A model generated the notes under the pieces. The model searched no databases and was not told the DNA's origin. It was given only the letters and a program-made list of their open reading frames with translations. Shown here in pieces: positions 1-10,063 of a stretch of DNA of 64,000 nt. Within the stretch, counting starts at the first letter, position 1; the number at the start of each line of letters is the position of its first letter. Source of the DNA: Macrostomum lignano (taxonomy: Eukaryota); assembly GCA_002269645.1 (NCBI GenBank), contig NIVC01000107.1:248001-312000 (forward strand), given 5' to 3'. Made by a program: the position numbers and the translations under genes.

Positions 1-2
1 GC

Positions 3-1274
3 CTCGTCGGTCAGGTCGATGCGGGTGGCGCCAGCCTCCTGGTGAGTCACAGACTCGAACCAGTCGGTCGGAGCCTCCCCGCTTAGAGTCTGGCCTTCTG
101 GCTGTTGGGGTGGAGCGCGAGAAGCGCGGGCCCGCTCACGATGCGCACGAAGGTTCTTGGCCTGGTCCAGCGCGCGCTGGATCAGGCCGGACCTCCGGGT
201 GCTCCTGGCGGGTCTGCGATTGCGATTTCCGGTTTCAGCAGCGCGAACTGCCTTACCGGGCATAGGATCGGCCGTTTGCCTCGGCTTCTTTGCCGGAGGA
301 GCCTGGGCCCCAGTTCCGGTTTCGGAAGCTTTGGCATTCTTGGCTTCATCAGCTTTCCGCTCCTCGCAACGGAGGATGGTCAGCTGAGTCAGACCAATAT
401 GAATTGTGGACTTAGGCGGCAAGCGCTTAGCCCAGTCATCAGAGAGCCCTAGGATCACCGTAGCCCCCTTCTCCTTGCGGGAAGTGGCGTGGTGTAGGAG
501 CCCGTTGACCTTAAGGTCGGGGTGCAGCTTTAGCAATATTTGCCTAAGCTGATCTCCGGACTTAATGGCACTGCCGGCCGGGATCCAGACGCGAAAGCGC
601 TGGGTCTTCTGTCGTTCGCCCTCGCTGGCGAAGACGAGCTTGCCGAGCTTCTTGGGCCAGTTCAGCTTTGGCAGAAGCTCGCGTAGATTGCGGCTGCTCT
701 CCTCCGAGCTGCACCAGATGAAGATGCAGCCGTCGGTCTTGGCAGACTTGACCACGCTCACAGGGCGGCCCGCCAGGAGCTGGTCGATGAGCGCAGCATC
801 GATGGTGCGCCAGGCACTGTCGAGCTCGTCGGCCGTGAGGTCCTGCTCTTCCCCGAAGACGATGACCGCCGGTTGGAGCTTGACCTTTGAGGCGTAGTTG
901 GTGGCGGCGGTTCCCGAAGGCCCGGCCGCGCTTGTAGCAGGTATACTGGGTGGCTCACCAGCGGGGGTTGTATCCTGGGGGGCAGGGGTTGCTGTGGTTC
1001 CTTTCGGCCCAACAGCAGCCTCGCCCTCCCTAGGTTCCCCTTCCGCCGGTGGCCGGCCCGCAGTACCCCGTAGTCGCCGTCGCCGCTCGTTGCGGCGTTG
1101 GTTGCGGGTGCGTCGGGCTTCAGCGGAGGGCCCGGTTGCGCGTGCGGGCATGTCACCAGCCGAGCCGGCGGCAAGCCTATCTGCCCCCGGTGGGGCGGCG
1201 CTGGTGCCAGAGTCACCGGCCGGAGTTGCCGGGGCCCCGGCTTCAGCGGGGGTTAAAGAGGCGGATGACGCCAT
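3..1274 (-). CDS. LINE ORF1 protein, copy A (open to the window edge, absent from the ORF track)
   Basis: Manual translation from ATG 1274: MASSASLTPAEAG...NYASKVKLQPAVIVFGEEQDLTADELDSAWRTID...RFRVWIPAGS...LLKLHPDL...VILGLSDDW, with no stop before position 3. Collinear with the copy B ORF1 (TFAAKAK...QDWTTDQLQKVW...VFVPAKS...LLRLNPDL...IVLGLSSTW). Confidence 0.8.
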   Translation of the reverse strand, partial: MASSASLTPAEAGAPATPAGDSGTSAAPPGADRLAAGSAGDMPARATGPSAEARRTRNQRRNERRRRLRGTAGRPPAEGEPREGEAAVGPKGTTATPAPQDTTPAGEPPSIPATSAAGPSGTAATNYASKVKLQPAVIVFGEEQDLTADELDSAWRTIDAALIDQLLAGRPVSVVKSAKTDGCIFIWCSSEESSRNLRELLPKLNWPKKLGKLVFASEGERQKTQRFRVWIPAGSAIKSGDQLRQILLKLHPDLKVNGLLHHATSRKEKGATVILGLSDDWAKRLPPKSTIHIGLTQLTILRCEERKADEAKNAKASETGTGAQAPPAKKPRQTADPMPGKAVRAAETGNRNRRPARSTRRSGLIQRALDQAKNLRAHRERARASRAPPQQPEGQTLSGEAPTDWFESVTHQEAGATRIDLTDE

Positions 1275-1502
1275 AGCTGAAAGCGGGAAGGAGTGAGCTG
1301 AGTCACAAAAGAAAGAGGAAAGAAGAAAAAGAAAAGGACCGCTAGCGACCGGACAACCCCCCGGCCTTCCAGCCCATCGGCACGGTCAAACACCTTAGGC
1401 ATTAGGGGGTACGTTAAGCAGTACCACGGCCTGCAGGCTGGCAAGCCAGACCCGCATACCCAAATTCGGCCGAAGCCACTGGATGGGTCGCCAGCGTCGG
1501 AG

Positions 1503-1747
1503 CCCAGTCTGTCCAGCAGCCCTAGGGTCTGCCTTGAACACACGCGGGGACGAGTACCCTGGGTCGACTTGTGAAACAGCGTGAGGGGGGGGGGTCTGCG
1601 GCTGCCAGTGGCAAATAGCGGGTGCAGACCTCCCTCTCCAGCCTTGACCTGCTGAATATAGGGGCAGGCGTGAAGCATCGCAGACCGTAGCCCTTAGGCC
1701 TGGTCTGTCTCATACTTCACTGGCGTGCTGAATACACCTTCGCGTGC
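1503..1747 (-). ncRNA. Putative HDV-like self-cleaving ribozyme at the LINE 5' end (copy A)
   Basis: Hand fold: P1 GCACGCG/CGCGUGU, P2 CCCA(G)/(C)UGGG, P3 GGG/CCC, L3 UACUCGU, P1.1 AC/GU, P4 GGCAG-A-CC-CUAG-GG-CUGCU, J4/2 CAGA (candidate catalytic C at 1511). Confidence 0.7.
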
Positions 1748-2489
1748 CTCTAGAGAGCTGTTGTTGAGCATCTGTGAGTTGAGGCGGGCTAGCCATGTAC
1801 AGTAGTACATGCCTACGTCACGTCAGATTTCAGAAGCGTGCGTTATGGTGCTGTGCCGATTTAACAAATGCCCACCTTAAATCTGATATTAGCATCTTCC
1901 CTTAAATCATCTATTTCTCCCTGCATCTTTTGTTCCCCCATCATCTGTCTCCCTGCACCATCTCTGTATCCCTGCATCACGTCCGTCTCCCTGCATCATC
2001 TCTGTCACCCTGCATCATGTCTCTATCTGAGTCATGATCTCTCTCAGCTATCATTTTCTCCCTGCATCATTAGGGACAAAAATCGCCCCTACCAGCAGAT
2101 GTGCAGCCACAGAAACTGCCTTGATGAAGTCTAGCAGCCCAGCCTCTTTGTCCGGTAGAATCTGATTGGCTGGCGCCATCGCGTGGATACATAAAAAGGA
2201 GAGCTACTCAAGCAATGGGCTGGCAATGGAAATTGTCTCCAATATTTCAACCTGTGTGAGATCCGTTTGCATTATTTCTGTTTCTAAGGCTGACTTCTCG
2301 CTTTCTGAGCCAGCGCTAATTAACAGTACAAAGAGACCTTCGCGGTAAGTTTGTGATATTTTTTAATTTTGTAGCGCCTCCCACTCCTTGCTCAGTTTGG
2401 GACTTCATATTTTCAATTAGATTTGTTTATACCATTGAGGCCATACTATGCACGTAACCACCAGCCTTTTATCGTCACTCCGAGTCCAC

Positions 2490-3060
2490 ATTATTGTCAC
2501 CCCAAGGCTTTCATTGTCACTCCAAGCCAAGAATCATATTGCCACTCCAAGCCTCACATTGTTACTTCAGGCCCCAAGTTATCACTCCAAGCTCCACATT
2601 AACACTCCAAGTCTTACAATGTCACTCCAAGTCCCACATTGTCACTCCAGGCCTCATATTGTCACTCCAAGTCTCACATTGTCACTACAAGCCTCACATT
2701 GTCACTCCAAGTCTCAAATTGTCACTCCAAGCCTCACAAGTTGTCACTCCAAGCCTCGCATTGTCACTCCAAGCCTCACATTGTCACTCCAAGTCTCAAA
2801 TTGTCACTCCAAGCCTCACAAGTTGTCACTCCAAGCCTCGCATTTGTCACTCCAAGCCTCACAAATCGTCACTCCAAGCCTCGCATTGTCACTCCAAGCC
2901 TCACAAGTTGTCACTCCAAGCCTCGCATTGTCACTCCAAGCCTCACAAGTTGTCACTCCAAGCCTCGCATTGTCACTCCAAGTCTCAAATTGTCACTCCA
3001 AGCCTGACACTTTCACTCCAAGTCCCACATTGTCACTCCAAGCCTCGCGTTGTCACTCTG
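2490..3060 (+). repeat. Minisatellite, ~20-23 bp unit (ttgtcactccaagcctcaca)
   Basis: Direct tandem copies visible; ends ~70 bp upstream of the GPCR start codon. Confidence 0.95.
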
Positions 3061-3129
3061 AGGCTTACATCGTCAATCAGTTGGGACTCTAAACCGTTCT
3101 AAATAGATCTAAACAACAGGGAACCTGGC

Positions 3130-4545
3130 ATGGAAGCCGCCGAAAACGACACCGGCAGCGCGGACGCCGGTGTCAACTTGAACCTGCTAAACTCTCCGGC
3201 CTGGCGGGCCGCCGGCCTCGCCTTCCTGCTCGCCGCCTGCTGGCTGGGCCTGGCCGGCAACGCGCTGGTTCTGGTGCTGATGGCCGCCAACAAGGAGCTG
3301 CAGAACGGCATCAACGCCTGCGTGGCCAACATCGCCGCTTGCGACCTGCTGGTCTGCTGCCTCCTCCTGCCATTGGCCATCGCGCAGCGGGCGGCCGGCG
3401 CTCGTCTAGTCGACGAAACCGTCTGCATGGTGAGCGGCTGCGCTCTCTTCGTGTGCACCGGCGTCGCCAATTCCAGCTTTGCTCTGATCGGCTTCAACAG
3501 ATTCGTGTTCCTGCTGTATCCCGCCGCCTACCGCAGGTTCGCACCGCGCGCTCGGGGAACCGGGGCTTTGCGGAGCGGGGAGTGAGGTGGCGGTTTTCAA
3601 GGACGGGGAGTGAGGTGGCGGTTATCAGACATGGAGTGAGGTGGGGTTATCAGAGGCGGGGAGTGAGGTGGGGTTATCAGACATGGAGTGAGGTGGGGTT
3701 ATCAGAGGCGGGGAGTGAGGTGGGGTTATCAGAGGCGGGGAGTGAGGTTGGGTTATCAGAGGCGGGGAGTGAGGTGGGGTTATCAGAGGCGGGGAGTGAG
3801 GTGGGGTTTATTAGAGCCAAGGAATGGGGTGGGGCTATCAGGGGTGAATATAAGAAGCAGCTAGGGAATAAGGTGGATGGGGTTTGTGTACACGCAAGCC
3901 GCCAAGCACGAAAAGCCACCCAATCATTCTCTCCACCCTCCAAGATGCCTGGTGGGCCCACGCCAGGTGGCTGTCCGCCTGGTCGCAAACTGGGCGGTGT
4001 GGCTGGTCCTGAGCGGTGTGGTGTTCGACAGGCGAGCTTTCCACTACGTGCCGGACAGCTTCCTGTGCTTCTTTAGCGACGCGGATGCGGACCTGGCCAC
4101 CACGGTGCTGGTGCTCATGGCCATGGTGACGGTGCCCTCTGCGGTGGCCGGCTTCTGCTACTGCCGCATCCTGCTCCACGTGCTGGCTTCCCGGCGTCGA
4201 GTCCGGGACCTTCAGAACTGCGGCAGCCAGTCGGGCGAACAGACCCGCCTAGTCCGCTCTCTGGCGGTGGTGATGCTGAACTACCTCATCTTCAACGCGC
4301 TGTGGCTGCCGTACTCCTGCTACGCCATGTTCGGCCGCCTGCTGCGGCTGGCCTCAGACGCCGAGCACAATGCCCTGGTGTGGGCGGCGCTGTTCGCCTG
4401 CTCAGTGAAGCCGCTGCTGCAGGTCAGCATCAGCCCGGAGTTCCGGCGCGGCCTGCGGCGGCTCCGCCTGAGAAAGTGCAGCCGGCGGTCGCAGGCGGCG
4501 ACATCGACAGCCCCCGTCGTCGAGATGGTCGCCAGCCGGAACTGA
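3130..4545 (+). CDS. Class A (rhodopsin-like) GPCR, melatonin-receptor-like orphan; exons 3130-3536 and 3945-4545 (335 aa)
   Basis: TM1 GN, TM2 NIAACD, TM3 IGFNRF, ECL2 HYVPDSFLCFF, TM5 YCRI, TM6 LWLPY. A GT..AG phase-2 intron (3537-3944) joins the frames as YPAAYR-R-CLVGPRQ. Confidence 0.85.
3575..3810 (+). repeat. Intronic G-rich minisatellite, 27-bp unit (ggggagtgaggtggggttatcagaggc)
   Basis: Tandem copies inside the GPCR intron. Confidence 0.9.
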
Positions 4546-4602
4546 CTGCCCGCTGCCTGCTGAGGGAGACGGGTGGGGGAAGGCTTAAGACTTAAGGCTT
4601 AA

Positions 4603-4700
4603 GGGTGAGCATGCAGGTGGGTGAGCATGCAGGTGGGTGAGCATGCAGGTGGGTGAGCATGCAGGTGGGTGAGCATGCAGGTGGGGGAGCATGCAGGTGG
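4603..4700 (+). repeat. 16-bp tandem repeat (gtgagcatgcaggtgg) x~6
   Basis: Direct copies just 3' of the GPCR stop codon. Confidence 0.9.
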
Positions 4701-5104
4701 GCAATCAGTGGCGGAGGCGGAGGACCCAATGGTCTGAAACACATCGCGTGACATATAACGGTTATCAAGCAACAACCCTGTCCATAACTGGCGATTTCAC
4801 AAAATTCAAGAAGAGAGACGATATTGATCGAGCAGGGCTGATGGAAAGCATAAAAAGAACACTTTGTAAAAACTTGCATAATGCTTACTGTCATTTTTAT
4901 ACTGGGGTCCGGCATTGGTTCTCTTGTAAAACTGAATACACTGTACTAATTAATTTGGAGCTGCCCTGACAGCCGTTTATTTGATTTATTGAGGCGGAAT
5001 TCAGCATCCGCAGAGTACCGCCAGGAATCTGCTGAGAGGCAGGAGCGATGGCTCAGCTCGAAAACTCAAAATTTAAGATTTTAAATCCCCCCCCCAATTT
5101 AAAT

Positions 5105-5640
5105 TCCCCCCTCAGCAGCACCCAACTCCCTCAGCAGCACTCAACTCCCTCAGCAGCACCCAACTCCCTCAGCAGCACCCAACCTCCCTCAGCAGCACCC
5201 AACCCCCCCTCAGCAGCACCCAACCCCCCTCAGCAGCACCCAACCCCCCTCAGCAGCACCCAACCCCCTCAGCAGCACCCAACCCCCTCAGCAGCACCCA
5301 ACCCCCCTCAGCAGCACCCAACCCCCTCAGCAGCACCCAACCCCCTCAGCAGCACCCAACCCCCCTCAGCAGCACCCAACCCCCTCATCAGCACCCAACC
5401 CCGCTCAGCAGCACCCAACCCCCCTCAGCAGCACCCAACCCCCCCCCTCAGCAGCACCCAACCCCAGCAGCACCCAACGCCCCTCAGCAGCACCCAACCC
5501 CCTCAGCAGCACCCAACCCCCCTCAGCAGCACCCAACCACCTCAGCAGCACCCAACGCCCCTCAGCAGCACCCAACGCCCCTCAGCAGCACCCAACCCCC
5601 CCCTCAGCAGCACCCAACGCCCCTCAGCAGCACCCAACCG
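5105..5640 (+). repeat. C-rich minisatellite, ~19-21 bp unit (cccctcagcagcacccaac)
   Basis: Direct tandem copies with variable C-runs. Confidence 0.95.
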
Positions 5641-6372
5641 AAATCAACCATATGCAGAATCGAACCTTATCCTCTGCAATTATCCCACTTACTCGCGTAT
5701 CTAGCAAAATTGCAGTTGAGAAATATCTGAACTTCACAAAAATATTCACCAACGTGTGTCGCGTCGCTCATGGTAATTACTTTAATCAAATACCCGCACG
5801 TGCCTAATTAGCAGCTATGTTGCGGCGCGCGTGATTCGGCTAAAATCGAGGCCATGGTTTATCTGAACTGGACAGAAAATCGCTGATCCAGTCAGGGAAT
5901 CCGTTAATTCCGGGTGGGCCTCGCGATGTCGCACCTGCCGTCGCTAAGCCGCTTTTAGCTGGGCGGATAAGGGTTTATCTCCCGCGCTCTTAAAACAGCG
6001 GGACATGGGCGGGGCCTTGGAGCACCGACTGCAGCTGCGGCTCAGACTTGCTTTGGTGCAAGATGCACCCGTGACATTTTCCTGGCAGTGACTAAAAGCA
6101 GCCATTGGATTGCTCGAAGTATTGCTGCCTTTATTTATTAAAAACTCAACTCCGGATGCAGATGCGTCAGTAGTTGGCTGGTAAAGAATTTGCTGGCCCT
6201 GCGAGAAGGTAGAAACGAGGGGCACTCGAAGTTGGCGTCCGAAGACGAATTACCGCGGCATAGCGATGAGTTCCTATGATGGAACAGAGGCTGTAGAAAG
6301 GAGGTGAAATCCGCGCGAGTGATGCGTTTCGTCCAGGCACGGAGGGCGCGCTTTACGGTCTGGACAGCCCTT

Positions 6373-6990
6373 TCAGCGGCGTCGTTTGCTTGGAGATAGT
6401 AGGTGGGAGACTCGAGCTTTTTTACTCCATTTAATTAGTTTCAACCATGTGAGCAACCAGTGGCCGACGAACTCTGGTGCATTATCTGACACAAGCAGTT
6501 CGGGGACGCCGAAGCGCGTGAAGACAGTGCGCAAGGATCGGAATACGGAGGCAGTTGACCTAGAGCACTTGACGACGATCAGTGCGTTACCAGCGTCCTT
6601 GACGTACGCCCAGTCCATTTGTGAAGCTTTTGGAATGGATAGTCCGTGGCCGGCCAAGTGTCTCTGGATTTTGAAAGTCTTGGAATTGGGCGCAGCTGGT
6701 TGCAGCCCGCACACTGACGAACAAATTGTTCTAAGTTGGAGCTCATGCCGGGCCACCAATGGGACAGAGCCATGCTATTGAAAGTAGCCGGATGTGTGCT
6801 GTGGGCCGCACTGAAAACCTCCCTCCGAGGCATGGATAAAAACCCGGCGGCCTTTAAATAGTAATTGCCATTCTCTGGCGCCAGCATCTCTGAAACATGC
6901 CAGAACGGCTTCTCCGCCGTCGAACATTGGCTCCAATCACCTGAACGGACGCGACGAATATAATCTTTTGAATAAATAGGTCTGCGCCCA
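6373..6990 (-). mobile_element. Decayed Ty3/Gypsy pol fragment (integrase zinc finger and core)
   Basis: Frameshifted pieces: AHSTHP...WWPGMSSNLEQFVRQCAGCNQ (HHCC-like), WPATDYPFQKLH, FRSLRTVFTRFGVPELLVSDNAPEF (DDE core). Confidence 0.85.
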
Positions 6991-7099
6991 GCTCAGTTTC
7001 CAGAGGATCCCTCAAACGGCACACAGTTGATCGCACTGCACACCTCCTTTGGATCAACGGACGAGTCTGTGAAGCGCAACCGCAACAAAGCGTAGGCGT

Positions 7100-7480
7100 G
7101 AAGGATATTTTCCGGGGACGCAAGTAATAATTGTTTAGTCGTGCCGGACATTGCCGACGACCTGGACTGGCCTGGGCCGCGTTTCGTTCTGTGCGCTCCG
7201 TGCTCCATTCTGAGGCCCTGGATGACGGGCTCAAGGCTCGGCTGTTTCAGGCAGTCGTTGAGACTGTCTTGTTGTACAACGCCGAGACCTGGACTCTGAC
7301 GGACGCTTCGGAGTGCGCAGCGGTCCAGGCAGCGAGACCAACACCGCGCTCTACACGAGGGCACGCCTGATGCGGCCTTCTGACCTGCTGCGCGGGCGGC
7401 GACTTCGACTGGCAGACCACGTCATCTAGTCGGAGGCTCGCTGCCTTGAGTCGCTGCACGAGCTGCTGCTGCTCAAGCTG
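7100..7480 (+). mobile_element. Fragment of an RTE-like non-LTR retrotransposon (post-RT region)
   Basis: LAWAAFRSVRSVL...LKARLFQAVVETVLLYNAETWTLT matches the typical LLYxxETWTL motif of RTE-group ORFs. Confidence 0.7.
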
Positions 7481-7941
7481 CAGGGACCACGCAGGCGAGG
7501 CAAAGGGCGAACGGCGAGATACCCTGACTGACTTTTGACCGATGCTGGCGCCCCGGACCCAGCTGGGGAGCGACTTTTTGAGGGCTTTGGCCCAGAGCCG
7601 CGCTCTCTGACTCCCCCCTTTCTAGCCACTGCGTGGCTGGCGGGTAAAGTAATTTATTGTGGTTGTTGTTTTGTTGTATAGTCGTATTGCATCGTTGCCA
7701 ACAACACCCATCGCGAGATACGAGCGGATGTATTAAGCGGGATTCCGCCAGATGGACCCAACAGACGAACGAGTGGCTGCTGGTCGGTGTTGATGGTGAA
7801 GCGTTGTCCTAATAAATAGGGTTTTAGTCGTGTGACCGCCCAGAAAATTGCTAATGCCTCACGTTCTATATTTGAATAATTTAACTCGGCCTTGGAGAGA
7901 CTTCTTGAGATAAAGATGACCCGGTGACCTTCCTGTAGCCT

Positions 7942-8691
7942 ATCTAGTATAATGGATGCAGGAATAGAATGGATTGCTAATCTAGCCTATCATGGCAGCA
8001 GGAATAGAATGGATTGCTAATCTAGCCTATCATGGGTGCAGGAATAGAATGGATTGCTAATCTAGCCTATCATGGATGCAGGAATAGAATGGATTGCTAA
8101 TCTAGCCTATCATGGGTGCAGGAATAGAATGGATTGCTAATCTAGCCTATCATGGGTGCAGGAATAGAATGGATTGCTAATCTAGCCTATCATGGGTGCA
8201 GGAATAGAATGGATTGCTAATCTAGCCTATCATGGGTGCAGGAATAGAATGGATTGCTAATCTAGCCTATCGTGGGTGCAGGAATAGAATGGATTGCTAA
8301 TCTAGCCTATAATGGATGCAGGAATAGAATGGATTGCTAATCTAGCCTATCATGGGTGCAGGAATAGAATGGATTGCTAATCTAGCCTATCATGGGTGCA
8401 GGAATAGAATGGATTGCTAATCTAGCCTATCATGGATGCAGGAATAGAATGGATTGCTAATCTAGCCTATCATGGGTGCAGGAATAGAATGGATTGCTAA
8501 TCTAGCCTATCATGGGTGCAGAATAGAATGGATTGCTAATCTAGCCTATCATGGGTGCAGGAATAGAATGGATTGCTAATCTAGCCTATCATGGGTGCAG
8601 GAATAGAATGGATTGCTAATCTAGCCTATCATGGGTGCAGGAATAGAATGGATTGCTAATCTAGCCTATCATGGATGCAGGAATAGAATGG
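7942..8691 (+). repeat. 40-bp satellite array 1 (ggaatagaatggattgctaatctagcctatcatgggtgca)
   Basis: About 18 near-identical head-to-tail units with no spacers; the same unit occurs at three other loci. Confidence 0.97.
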
Positions 8692-9395
8692 GTCGCAAGG
8701 AACCCCGAACTTCAATGAAGCCTCAGTCACAGGTGGATATGCAATCCAGAACTGGGAGACACACAGCGGCAGTGGCCTGAACGCATCCATCAGAACGGGT
8801 TTCGCACTATTCATGCTACCATGCCCCCAGCCTTTTGCTTGAAATCTGCCAAGAACAGGCGAAGCTCCTCAAGTTTGACAGGACATGAAATGATGAGTTA
8901 ATGAAATAGTTTAATAAAATAAAGTCAACAAAGCAGCCCCAAAAAGGGCTCGCTCGATTTTCGCCAACGAACAGGCCGCTTGTCCAGTTTAAAGAGAGGA
9001 AATTAATGCCAAATCTTCAATTAAGACGAGCAAAAAACACGGATTTGAGTCGACTGATTCATAAGAAACTCACTGTCCATACATTTTTGTTTATTACGAA
9101 ATAATGGAAAAAGTGCCTCATCTCTCTATGAAAACAGGATTATAGAAATACGCAAGCGCAAAGCTATTGAATGTAGCGGATTAAGGGAATAACAAACGGC
9201 TTAGGCGCAAATCGGACTCATCATTCAATATGGCGCGCAAACGTGAATTTTTCAGGAAAAAATCAGAATAGAAAATGGAAATGTTGGATACTCTACTGCC
9301 AGTAGGCTGATGCGAACACTTGTACCCGACAACTTATGTTGTTAATGAACAAGCCAGAGTCGCTCCAATGAATTCGGTCAGCAAAAGTGCAGAAC

Positions 9396-9820
9396 TCAGC
9401 GCATGACGGGCATGGCGGTGGCCGAGGCGCTGGTGACCGCATCCTCAGACCGCCACAGCTGCGTCACGGTCTTCAGCTGGGTGTAAAAGTGCACGCCGTG
9501 CTTGCCGTAGAAGTTCTGGTCGCCGCGGAAGCTGCCCCGGCTGCCAGTGAAGCTGAACATGGGCAGCGGCACCGGGATCGGCACGTTGACGCCCACCTGG
9601 CCGACGTCGATCTCCTCGGTGAACTTGCGGGCCGCGGCGCCGCTGTTGGTGAAGATGGCCGTGCCGTTGCCGTACGGGTTGGAGTTGATCAGCTGGATGG
9701 CGTCCTCCAGGGTGTCCGCCTCCAGGCACAGCAGCACCGGCCCGAAGATCTCCTCCCGGTAGCACTCCATGCTGGGGGTCACCTGGATGAGGGAGAGAGA
9801 GAGAGCTGGGGGTCACCTGG

Positions 9821-9851
<31 letters not shown>

Positions 9852-9908
9852 CTGGGGGTCACCTGGATAAGAGAGAGAGAGAGAGAGAGAGAGCTGGGGG
9901 TCACCTGG

Positions 9909-9953
<45 letters not shown>

Positions 9954-10014
9954 GAAGGTCACCTGGATAAGAGAGAGAGAGGGAGCTGAGAGAGAGAGAG
10001 CTGGGGTCACCTGG

Positions 10015-10063
<49 letters not shown>

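Larger units (their letters stand above)
1..1747 (-). mobile_element. 5' portion of a non-LTR retrotransposon (copy A; relative of the 52930-58818 LINE), running off the window start
   Basis: The reverse complement of ~1400-1747 aligns closely with 52930-~53330 (gcacgcgaagg...gtgaagtatgagacagac...cttcggccgaatttgggtatgcgggtctggc). It is followed by an ORF1 homologous to that of copy B. Confidence 0.9.

Noticed and set aside
7942-8691. 40-bp arrays (also 26340, 28464, 32680 and 51230) as CRISPR arrays
   Set aside because: Units are head-to-tail with no unique spacers, there are no cas genes, and the context is eukaryotic.
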